From the IMG/VR virus record IMGVR_UViG_3300042997_000671, positions 1 to 28,810 of that record: a stretch of DNA of 28,810 nucleotides. One strand, 5' to 3'. The DNA is from a virus. Taxonomy: Duplodnaviria > Caudoviricetes. The translations under genes and the position numbers were made by a program. A model generated the notes under the pieces. It made no database searches and had not been told where the DNA came from. It saw only the letters and a program-made list of their open reading frames with translations. Position 1 is the stretch's first letter, and the number at the start of each line of letters is the position of its first letter. Positions 1 to 7,755 of the stretch are shown here, piece by piece.

Positions 1-531
1 GGTTAAGTACGGAGTATAATAAGTTACTTTTTCAGCACCCCAATTACCTGCTTTAAACGCTTCATAATCAATATCACGAAACTCTTGTCTACAATCTGGA
101 TAGATCTGATGGTCACCTGCGTGTATACCCATAGCAATTACACACTCAGTATTCTTTTGTTCTGCAATTGACAATGCAACTGCTTGAATAATTGAACTAA
201 ATATTTTATTGCGATTTGGAACTACAGTTGCTTTCATATTTTCTTCAGCATAGTGACCTTCAGGTACTTCTGAACCGCCAGTTACTAATGATGAATTTAA
301 TAATTGAGCTAAACCATCTAATTTAATTACTTGATGTCTTACAAAACTTGATACTGTACAATCTGAGTTAATGTAATTAACTAATTCCTTAGCTCGTTCT
401 AATTCTACATTGTGTTTTTGACCATAGTCAAAGGATAATGCTGTTACTTCATAGCCATTGGCGAGTAGATGAAGCAGTAAGCTGGAGCTATCCATTCCTC
501 CACTTAGTGATAATACTGCTTGTTTTTTCAT
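1..531 (-). CDS. queC: 7-cyano-7-deazaguanine (preQ0) synthase QueC, 3' part outside the window
   Basis: Not in the ORF track. Manual translation from ATG at 531 gives MKKQAVLSLSGGMDSS...SFDYGQKHNVELERA...VPNRNKIF...GIHAGDHQIYPDCRQEF, with the PP-loop SGGxDS, YGQ, VPNRN and YPDCR motifs of QueC. Frame stays open to position 1. Confidence 0.95.
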   Translation of the reverse strand, partial: MKKQAVLSLSGGMDSSSLLLHLLANGYEVTALSFDYGQKHNVELERAKELVNYINSDCTVSSFVRHQVIKLDGLAQLLNSSLVTGGSEVPEGHYAEENMKATVVPNRNKIFSSIIQAVALSIAEQKNTECVIAMGIHAGDHQIYPDCRQEFRDIDYEAFKAGNWGAEKVTYYTPYLT

Positions 532-537
532 ATTTAT

Positions 538-720
538 TTATTCTTCTAAAAAGTTAATTTCTGGTTGAGTTGAATCTACATCCATATATGGATCATTCCA
601 TTCATCACTAAAATCTTCCCAAAATGTATCAGGATCACTAATATATAATGCTAATTCGTCTTCGCTTAGCTCGTACTCATAAATGTAATGAGTAGTTTCA
701 ATTTTTTGTAACTTTGCCAT
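538..720 (-). CDS. small highly acidic hypothetical protein (60 aa)
   Basis: ORF packed tightly between neighbours on the coding strand with an A-rich leader. 18 D/E versus 2 K. Confidence 0.7.
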   Translation of the reverse strand: MAKLQKIETTHYIYEYELSEDELALYISDPDTFWEDFSDEWNDPYMDVDSTQPEINFLEE

Positions 721-731
721 TTATTTTTTTT

Positions 732-1394
732 TTATAATATAACCATTTTTTCGTGCCCTACCACTATTGTAGGATCAATCCAAACATCATAACCCTTCTC
801 TTTAATCATCCTACAGAATGCTACATCCTCCATTGAGAAGTCTCTAATAGTCTTTCCATCTACTTCATATTCAGTCCACATTGGTTGAAACCATGGATAC
901 TCTAAGGATTCAAATACACCTTTCTTCATTAGTATCCATCCAAATCCTGTATAATCAGCTTTAAATAGATCTTTCTTCTTAGATAAAATCTCTCTGTTTA
1001 CAAACTGCATATGTCCATTCTTCTGGAAGAACTTATCATCCCAATTTTCAACTGTAGCATAATGAGTATTGTCAGCCATCATATACAAACCTGATGAGAT
1101 ATCTTTATCGTTATCAATTAACTTAAAGAATTGATCGGGTGTGAATACAATGTCTGAGTCAATCCACATTATATAGTCATAATCTATTTTATCTTGGAAA
1201 GGTACTTGTTTAATACCAGCCAGATTATCTCCTCCTAAGCACATATTACGAACGTAATATAGTAAGGGTGAATATTGTTGAGACATTATAGGTTGAATAC
1301 CTTGTGACATACAAGCATATACCAACTCAGTCCAACACGATAGAAATCTACCACTAAACTCCCTTCCAGGTAAACAGAATATAACTTTCTTCAT
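732..1394 (-). CDS. GT-A fold glycosyltransferase (GT2-like)
   Basis: N-terminal strand KVIFCLPG, YVRN helix, DxD motif in MWIDSDIVF, GFGWILMKKGVFE, SMEDVAFC acceptor-site motif and C-terminal VGHEK, as in phage/viral GT-A enzymes. Confidence 0.8.
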   Translation of the reverse strand: MKKVIFCLPGREFSGRFLSCWTELVYACMSQGIQPIMSQQYSPLLYYVRNMCLGGDNLAGIKQVPFQDKIDYDYIMWIDSDIVFTPDQFFKLIDNDKDISSGLYMMADNTHYATVENWDDKFFQKNGHMQFVNREILSKKKDLFKADYTGFGWILMKKGVFESLEYPWFQPMWTEYEVDGKTIRDFSMEDVAFCRMIKEKGYDVWIDPTIVVGHEKMVIL

Positions 1395-1801
1395 TAGAAT
1401 GTTATTGAATAAACTGTTCTAATAGATAAATCTTCAGCTTTATACTTAGCTAAATCTTTATCTCTAGCTACTTCGAACTCTACTGATTGGCCGTTTTTAG
1501 TTTGAACCCACATTTCTTTAATGAATTCAGCTGATGTAATTTCGTTTTCGTCATTACGTGTTACTTTGAACACTGCTACTTTGTTTTGCATAATTGCGTT
1601 TTGGTTAATTGATGAAATTGTTAAATTTGTTGTTGTTAAATTTGGTACTGTAAAACTAGGAGTATAACTACTAATATATGTACCTGATGATGTTGTTCCT
1701 GTGATTCCTAAGCCTGATATATCAAATATGGTACTAGGTGGTGTTGTTCTTATACCTGGACATCCTAATGATGTTGTTCCTGTTGTAAATGTTTGTGCCA
1801 T
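1394..1801 (-). CDS. hypothetical protein with Thr/Ser-rich N-terminus (alternative start at 1591, MQNKVAVF)
   Basis: Stop overlaps the next start (TAATG coupling at 1394). Low-complexity N-terminal half, ordinary C-terminal half. Confidence 0.65.
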   Translation of the reverse strand: MAQTFTTGTTSLGCPGIRTTPPSTIFDISGLGITGTTSSGTYISSYTPSFTVPNLTTTNLTISSINQNAIMQNKVAVFKVTRNDENEITSAEFIKEMWVQTKNGQSVEFEVARDKDLAKYKAEDLSIRTVYSITF

Positions 1802-1802
1802 G

Positions 1803-2003
1803 TTATTGTTGTTTAAATAATTCGTAATCTTGTTTCTTTAATTCGTAATCCATACTATCACGTTTGAATTCCATTTCTTTATATTTGCGATCTTGTTTAT
1901 ATTGCTCTATAAACGCATTTAGTAAGGCCCATACTAATAAAATACCAAAATATAAAAATATAGTATCTTGTTTTCTTTTAAACCAGTCAATTAATTTTCT
2001 CAT
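1803..2003 (-). CDS. small single-pass membrane protein
   Basis: Hydrophobic stretch IFLYFGILLVWALLNAFI followed by a charged helical tail. Overlaps the upstream gene's stop. Confidence 0.65.
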   Translation of the reverse strand: MRKLIDWFKRKQDTIFLYFGILLVWALLNAFIEQYKQDRKYKEMEFKRDSMDYELKKQDYELFKQQ

Positions 2004-2797
2004 TTTATAAATTTTTTAAATTTGTGAATGTTGTGAGTTAAATGTCCAATTTGCTTTGACCAATCACCTTCCATAAACTCTTCAATTTTGTTTTTAGGTT
2101 TAGTTAATAAACCATAATCTTCATATGGTATCTCTAAAATACCATTTATAATTGGAGATGATGTATCTACAGATTTAATAAACGCAAATTCTGGTTCTCT
2201 ATAGTACATAAATTCTTGTGGTAATGATGCTCCTAGTAAATGAACGTAGTGGCTATCTTTAATGATTTTTTCTTTATATAATCTTGAAATTACATAAATT
2301 CTATTCATCATCTGATTTACTAATGGATTCGGATGATAACCATCATGTTGATAGTATATAGATGAGTGGTTAAATGCAAAGTGTGTATATCCTAAAGCAA
2401 TACACTGATTATATAGATTCATAAAATCTCCTAATGTATGTCCTTGCATTACTACCATTAATTCAGTTTCTTTAGGTAGTTGTTCTTTAATCACATTCAT
2501 CCAATACTTAGCATTTCTGTAAGTAAGTGCTGTGTCATTCCATTCATCAGGAACAATAAAGATATCTGGTTTAATTAAATTAATTTTTTCAACTAAATCT
2601 TTTTCAGTGTGAGTTACACCTTCAAATAAACCATTATCCATGATAACAAAACGCTTTTGAGGCAATGTTTGTCCTTCTAAAAAATACTCTTTGTATTCTT
2701 TATGTTTATCTAGTAAGTGAGGTAAACAATAATCGTAATCATTAAATAATCTACTTGATTTTAATAATGATAATGGAACTTCATGACTAATTTTCAT
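2000..2797 (-). CDS. dpdA: DpdA-like (TGT-fold) 7-deazaguanine DNA transglycosylase
   Basis: TGT-family motifs in the correct order: IMDNGLFE (compare DSGGF), VPDEW, VMQG, VHLLG, SVDTSSP. No CxCxxC zinc motif. Lies between queD and queC. Likely start is MKISHEV at 2797, right after the queD stop; the track start at 2839 overlaps queD. Confidence 0.72.
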   Translation of the reverse strand: MKISHEVPLSLLKSSRLFNDYDYCLPHLLDKHKEYKEYFLEGQTLPQKRFVIMDNGLFEGVTHTEKDLVEKINLIKPDIFIVPDEWNDTALTYRNAKYWMNVIKEQLPKETELMVVMQGHTLGDFMNLYNQCIALGYTHFAFNHSSIYYQHDGYHPNPLVNQMMNRIYVISRLYKEKIIKDSHYVHLLGASLPQEFMYYREPEFAFIKSVDTSSPIINGILEIPYEDYGLLTKPKNKIEEFMEGDWSKQIGHLTHNIHKFKKFIK

Positions 2798-2798
2798 A

Positions 2799-3278
2799 TT
2801 ATTCTGCTTCAAAAATTGATGAATTCTTACCGTGTTCAAAACACTCTACTTTAATTACTTTACAACGACCACCATCTGTTTTAGATAATACATCATTAAA
2901 TTTATCTGAAACTAATTTGGCTAATGATTCACAGCCCATTTTATCCATTAAATGAACTTTAGCTAATCCCATTTGTTCCATTTGTACAAATATATCAGCA
3001 TACGGATCATCTTTTTCAATTAATACTGTATGATCCCACATATAGTCCATCCAATCTTTTAATCCGTTTCCTACTGGTTTAGTTTTAAATCCTCCAAAAT
3101 CAACAATCCAATTCATTTCATCTAATTGTTTGTCTAAATCTGGTTGGTTAGATGCGAACCATACTTTAAAGTAGATTCCATAACCATGTAATAATTGACA
3201 GTGTGAGTGCTGTGCTTTCCATTGTCTAATTGCAACTGAATAGTTGTCAAATGTTTTTGTTGAGATGTATCTTGCCAT
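2799..3278 (-). CDS. queD: 6-carboxy-5,6,7,8-tetrahydropterin synthase QueD (PTPS family)
   Basis: HSHCQLLHGY (CxxxHGH/Y), WIVDFGG, WDHTVL, GCESLA and VECFE motifs of the T-fold QueD/PTPS family, in a queC neighbourhood. Confidence 0.9.
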   Translation of the reverse strand: MARYISTKTFDNYSVAIRQWKAQHSHCQLLHGYGIYFKVWFASNQPDLDKQLDEMNWIVDFGGFKTKPVGNGLKDWMDYMWDHTVLIEKDDPYADIFVQMEQMGLAKVHLMDKMGCESLAKLVSDKFNDVLSKTDGGRCKVIKVECFEHGKNSSIFEAE

Positions 3279-3285
3279 GTTGTTT

Positions 3286-3317
3286 TAAATATAATATATT
3301 AATTTTGATTTTCCAAA
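3286..3317 (-). promoter_or_regulatory. Bacteroidota-type sigma70 promoter upstream of queD
   Basis: Minus strand TTTG-N20-TATATTTA, matching the Bacteroidota -33 TTTG / -7 TAnnTTTG consensus except the last base. Confidence 0.6.
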
Positions 3318-3832
3318 TCTTGTTTTAATTCAGTAGCTACATACAGTGCGTTAGCGTAATTAGTACCTAATTTCTCTATTATTTTTTGAGCAGTCATAGC
3401 ATCTGTACTGAACATTTCTCTATTGTTTGCTACTCTATATTGTTGTAAGTAATCATGAACTTCTTTCTCTAAATAACGAGAACCATAACATTTAAATTTA
3501 AATACTGGAATCCAAGGTGTAGGGACGCCTGTAGCAGCATTAATTTCTTTAGCACGTTCTTCTACTGTATTAGTAGTCATACCTACTTTAACCATACCAT
3601 GCATAGATACATTAACTAAAACATATATCCATTCTGGTTTGCGAATAGCGCCTGAAGGGTCTAGTATTGGTTCATGAAGATAAATTACATCTTCCCATCC
3701 ATCTTCACTTGGGTATTTAGAATCAATGCTTGGTACTCTAGTATAATGAGTAGCAGTGTGTCCCATATTTTTTGGTGCTTGAATATACATCCAAGCATTT
3801 TCAGAATTAACGTATAAACGTTTTTTACTCAT
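3299..3832 (-). CDS. T5orf172-domain protein (GIY-YIG superfamily)
   Basis: WIYVLVNVSMHGMVKVGMTT..VEERAKEINAATGVPTPW...LEKEVHDYL...REMF is the T5orf172/MUG113 pattern. Confidence 0.85.
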   Translation of the reverse strand: MSKKRLYVNSENAWMYIQAPKNMGHTATHYTRVPSIDSKYPSEDGWEDVIYLHEPILDPSGAIRKPEWIYVLVNVSMHGMVKVGMTTNTVEERAKEINAATGVPTPWIPVFKFKCYGSRYLEKEVHDYLQQYRVANNREMFSTDAMTAQKIIEKLGTNYANALYVATELKQDLENQN

Positions 3833-4178
3833 TATCTTCTTCTTTAGAAACCTTAATTATAGAACCTAATATTTCTTCTAATTTACTAGTGAGTTCTAAG
3901 GCTTTAGCTTGTAGTTCAACTGCAGACATTTGGTCTTTCATATTACTTAGCTCTTCAGCCTCCTTTTTCATTTTATTTAATTCTTCTATATTCATATGCT
4001 TAAATTTAATAAACTCTGGTTTAAGATCCAAATTTCCTTTTAAATGTTTTGGAAGATAAGGGCAGTTTTTACAGCCTGATCCACAGCATTGACCACGTTG
4101 AATATGAAAAAGGGTGGTAAAAACCACCCTATCTCCTTCTTTATGATAATGTATATGTTCTATTAAACTATCTCGCAT
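3825..4178 (-). CDS. Cys-rich DUF5522-like protein with C-terminal coiled coil
   Basis: VVFTTLFHIQRGQCCGSGCKNCPY resembles the RGxCCGxGCxxCPY signature. C-terminal half is E/K-rich and helical. Confidence 0.7.
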   Translation of the reverse strand: MRDSLIEHIHYHKEGDRVVFTTLFHIQRGQCCGSGCKNCPYLPKHLKGNLDLKPEFIKFKHMNIEELNKMKKEAEELSNMKDQMSAVELQAKALELTSKLEEILGSIIKVSKEEDNE

Positions 4179-6016
4179 GCTCCACCAGCACAGGCTGCTT
4201 GATCCATTAATGCTGTCATATCTTCCATTTCTACTACTTTAGATAAATCTAATGAATGTAAATATTGAACTCTATCATTAAATGTAGCCTCATCAATCGA
4301 TTCGAATGGTGCTTGAGTATATGTACCTAAATCTTCAGGTAAGAATGATAATGCAGTGAAATACTGTTTATTTTCCCATAACCACTCTCCTACTGGTCCC
4401 CATTCGTCTTGTTTAATGTTTACTGTAGCTGAAACGTTATGCATATTAGAGCCTTTCTTATGTCCTGGTTTAATCCATTCTTTATTAAATTTCTTAATAC
4501 GCTCTAATAATTCGAATGCTGTTTCTTTAGTTCTAGTAATAGCGCCTTCTGGTGCACGTTGAGGAATAGTTACAATCGCTTGAATATGTGGTTTGAAGAA
4601 ATCATCTTCTAATAATTCTGGGTGGTTAATTGCTAAGTAAGCGTATAATGCTTCGTTTTTACCTAAGCGAATTCTTCTTAAATAGAAATCATCGTGCCAT
4701 GCGTGAATACCACTTGATGTTCCTAATACTAACGATGTAGTACCTGATGGTTTAACTGTAGTGATACGAGCTGCTTTATTGATTTTAATCATATCTGCTA
4801 CTCTAGTATTTTCTTCAACAGCTATTTTAGCTGCTTCTTTTAAACTATATTTAAATACAGTTCCTGAAGCGATACCTGTCATTCCAATACCTAACAATGC
4901 TTCTTTTTCAGTTGTTTTCTTCCAAACATCTCTTAAATAATGGAAATCAGTATATGATGCTTGTAATGTTCCGATGAACGCTGCTGCTTTAACTCTTTCA
5001 TTTAAATCTTCTTGTGATTCAATTGTTGAAGCATTTACTTCACATAAATTACAGAATTGATTTGGTTTTAAGTTAATCTCAGCACATGGATTAGTACCTG
5101 CATCTTTATCGTTTGAAAAAATAAATCCTGGTTCACCGCTGTTACTTAATTCAATTTTCTTCCATAATCCTAAAAATACATCTTTTTCAATTTTAGAATT
5201 AATTAATACTGCTGTATTGTTTGCTCTACCGCGTTGTGGATTTTCTTCCCACCAGTTACCAAACTTACAAGTTAACATATCTTCATCATCTAGATTAAAT
5301 AAAGCAATTAATGCTGCTCTTCTAATACCGCCTGATAATACAGCATCTGCTAAATGGCAAATAATATCGTGACATTCTACAGATGTTAATTTTTCTCCAT
5401 CTATTTTTCTGTCTAATATTGATTGTACGTGAATTAAAGCAATTTTTAATGGCTCTGGGCCTGGTGCTTTACCACCTACAGTAATTAACGATGCGCCTTT
5501 AGGACGAATATCTCTAAAGTCAAATAATGGTGCTGGTCCTCCTCTTAGGTAAGCCTTCATCAATACTTTAACTGCATCAGCCCATCCTTCAATCGAATCA
5601 CCAACTAAATATCTTTTAGATTTTAATGGTTTTCTAACTTCAGGTAATTTTTCAATGTGATGTTGTTGTACTGAATAGCCTACTCCACATCCTGAAAGTA
5701 ATAGAAACATAATTTCAGAAAATGATGCTAAATCATCGATTGGTAAATAAGAGCAGTTAAATACTCTTGTGTTGTTAATTTCAATTGGCTTTCCAGCGAA
5801 TTGCATTGAACGCATAGAAGGTAATACTTTTTTGTCATAAACAAATTTATAAGCCCATTCTATTTCTTCACTTAATTGAGGGAATTTCTTTAAATGCATT
5901 GACTTGTTTCTGTCAACTAATTCACCCCATACTTCTCTTCTTTGTTTTTCTGGATTATACTTCGCGTACTTAAGGTAGGTAGTAATATCCGACAAAATGC
6001 TTTGTTCTACGTTCAT
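4163..6016 (-). CDS. nrdJ: class II adenosylcobalamin-dependent ribonucleotide reductase (monomeric RTPR type)
   Basis: LPSMR, FNCSY, GCGVGYSV, TNPCAEI (thiyl radical Cys), CNLCE, VKPSGT and a C-terminal ACAGGACEI redox pair. No beta subunit gene nearby. Confidence 0.9.
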   Translation of the reverse strand: MNVEQSILSDITTYLKYAKYNPEKQRREVWGELVDRNKSMHLKKFPQLSEEIEWAYKFVYDKKVLPSMRSMQFAGKPIEINNTRVFNCSYLPIDDLASFSEIMFLLLSGCGVGYSVQQHHIEKLPEVRKPLKSKRYLVGDSIEGWADAVKVLMKAYLRGGPAPLFDFRDIRPKGASLITVGGKAPGPEPLKIALIHVQSILDRKIDGEKLTSVECHDIICHLADAVLSGGIRRAALIALFNLDDEDMLTCKFGNWWEENPQRGRANNTAVLINSKIEKDVFLGLWKKIELSNSGEPGFIFSNDKDAGTNPCAEINLKPNQFCNLCEVNASTIESQEDLNERVKAAAFIGTLQASYTDFHYLRDVWKKTTEKEALLGIGMTGIASGTVFKYSLKEAAKIAVEENTRVADMIKINKAARITTVKPSGTTSLVLGTSSGIHAWHDDFYLRRIRLGKNEALYAYLAINHPELLEDDFFKPHIQAIVTIPQRAPEGAITRTKETAFELLERIKKFNKEWIKPGHKKGSNMHNVSATVNIKQDEWGPVGEWLWENKQYFTALSFLPEDLGTYTQAPFESIDEATFNDRVQYLHSLDLSKVVEMEDMTALMDQAACAGGACEIV

Positions 6017-6037
6017 TTTAATAATAGTTTTTAATTT

Positions 6038-6298
6038 TTAGGAATATTGTTTGATCAAATTGGCGATAACCGATTTTGGTTGTACACCTGAAAAACGGTG
6101 TACTTCTTGTCCATCTTTTAAGAACATAACCGTTGGTACTCCACGCACATTTGATATTTTAGCTTCTTCTGCATTTTGATCTACGTCTACAGTAGTGAAT
6201 CTAACATTACTGTTTTCGTTTTGTAATTCTGCCATTATTGGCGATAGCATTTGACATGGTCCACACCATGAAGCTGTATATCTTTTTATAACTAACAT
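6038..6298 (-). CDS. trxA: thioredoxin
   Basis: WCGPC active site, VDVD and GVPT cis-Pro motif. Directly upstream of the RNR. Confidence 0.95.
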   Translation of the reverse strand: MLVIKRYTASWCGPCQMLSPIMAELQNENSNVRFTTVDVDQNAEEAKISNVRGVPTVMFLKDGQEVHRFSGVQPKSVIANLIKQYS

Positions 6299-6318
6299 AT
6301 GATTTTTTTTGCGTGTTA

Positions 6319-6326
6319 ATAAATAT
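6319..6326 (-). promoter_or_regulatory. ATATTTAT promoter-like motif upstream of thioredoxin/nrdJ
   Basis: Same 8-mer as found upstream of seven structural-region genes; here 20 nt before the ATG. Confidence 0.45.
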
Positions 6327-7708
6327 TATTCTTGCTGGTAAGATAGGAATTTACTTCGGAGAAGGTACTTATCTTCTTCACCAACATTTGAATATTGGTT
6401 TACTGGTTTATTTGCGCCTTTTGTTTCAGATGTATATTCATCATCTAATGGTGTGTCGTATATATCAATATACCCATTTGATGTATCTATTTTAGAGCCG
6501 AATGTTAATCCATCAGCACCATAACGATTCTTAATAAAATGCCAATTACCAGTTCCGTTTACTTTATCTTTTCTACCACGAGCTAAAGATATAATAATAT
6601 CCCCAATCATAATTTTATCATATGATCCAGCTGCGTTTTCAGCTTGTAATATACCTTTATCAGCTCCTGTTCTATTTGCTTGTGAAGGTGAAACAACTGG
6701 GACACCTAATTGTTTTGCTAATCCTTTAACATCAGTATACACATCGTCGATTTCTTCTTTACGTTCTTTTCTACTTTTAGTACGTAGCAAATCTAAGTAG
6801 TCAATAATGATTAAATCCGGTTTAAATTGGTTTTGATGTTCTAATTGTTGAATGTGAGATTCAATTGTATCCAACGACGCTCTTTTAGGAGCGTACTCTT
6901 TAATGACTATCTTTCCTTTGAGTTGATTAACGGCTTGTTCGACGTCTTTACGGTGCTTATCTAGTTGATCTACCGGTATTCCTGATAGTACAGCATCGTA
7001 TCTTTTACCTACGTAACCTTCAGATAATTCTAATGTATAATGCAATACATTATATCCTAATGCTGCCGCATAAGCGCCCATAGCGATAACGCCCCATGAT
7101 TTACCTCCGCCAGGATTACCGAATACTAATACTAGATCACCTTTACCATATCCGCCTTGTGTTAAATCGTTAAATACTTTCCAAGGAAATGGTACTGCAT
7201 TACGATCATCCTTACGATAACGTGATTCAACATCAGCCTCATATATGTGGCCTATATTTTTATCTTCAGCCGCTTTTAATGCATGGTTAATTAGTTGTCT
7301 AATACCATCGTAATCACCTAAATTAAGCAAATCAACTGATGTCATAATTGCTTTTTTCATTTGTTGGTTTTGGCAGAAACTAGCAAATTCTGTTTCTACC
7401 CATTCTAAATCACTTGAATCAGCTGATTTATAAGCTTCACGTACTGCCTCTACTAATGAAATACGTAATATCTCATTATCCATTTTTTTAATTTCAATGG
7501 ATAGTGTTTCAGCTGTTGGATATGTGTGGTAAGTCTGAAAGTATTTAGATATATAATCAACTATCCACTTATGGGATGGACTTTCAAAATATTCACTGTC
7601 TAATGAGTCAGCAATATTTAATAAAAATTCACGTTGAGTTAGTAACGCTCCTAATACCTTGATCTGAAATACTGTCCCGTAACTCTGGAGCTTATTTAAT
7701 GTTGTCAT
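6326..7708 (-). CDS. replicative DNA helicase (DnaB / T4 gp41-like, SF4)
   Basis: Walker A GNPGGGKS, TLELSE, Walker B IIIDYLDL, SQANR and KNRYG motifs. Confidence 0.93.
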   Translation of the reverse strand: MTTLNKLQSYGTVFQIKVLGALLTQREFLLNIADSLDSEYFESPSHKWIVDYISKYFQTYHTYPTAETLSIEIKKMDNEILRISLVEAVREAYKSADSSDLEWVETEFASFCQNQQMKKAIMTSVDLLNLGDYDGIRQLINHALKAAEDKNIGHIYEADVESRYRKDDRNAVPFPWKVFNDLTQGGYGKGDLVLVFGNPGGGKSWGVIAMGAYAAALGYNVLHYTLELSEGYVGKRYDAVLSGIPVDQLDKHRKDVEQAVNQLKGKIVIKEYAPKRASLDTIESHIQQLEHQNQFKPDLIIIDYLDLLRTKSRKERKEEIDDVYTDVKGLAKQLGVPVVSPSQANRTGADKGILQAENAAGSYDKIMIGDIIISLARGRKDKVNGTGNWHFIKNRYGADGLTFGSKIDTSNGYIDIYDTPLDDEYTSETKGANKPVNQYSNVGEEDKYLLRSKFLSYQQE

Positions 7709-7723
7709 ATAACCTATTTGTTT

Positions 7724-7755
7724 TAAAGATACTAAAAGCTGTCTAGCCCTCCAAA
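7724..7755 (-). promoter_or_regulatory. Bacteroidota-type sigma70 promoter upstream of the helicase
   Basis: Minus strand TTTG-N20-TATCTTTA. Confidence 0.6.

Noticed and set aside
2798-2839. N-terminal extension MNTVRIHQFLKQNN of the DpdA-like ORF
   Set aside because: It overlaps the queD 3' end by 41 nt. The ATG at 2797 directly follows the queD stop and is more plausible.
2000-3278. Host queuosine tRNA modification operon (tgt)
   Set aside because: Phage context, and the TGT-like protein lacks the zinc-binding motif and length of bacterial Tgt. DNA modification is more likely, though tRNA activity is not formally excluded.
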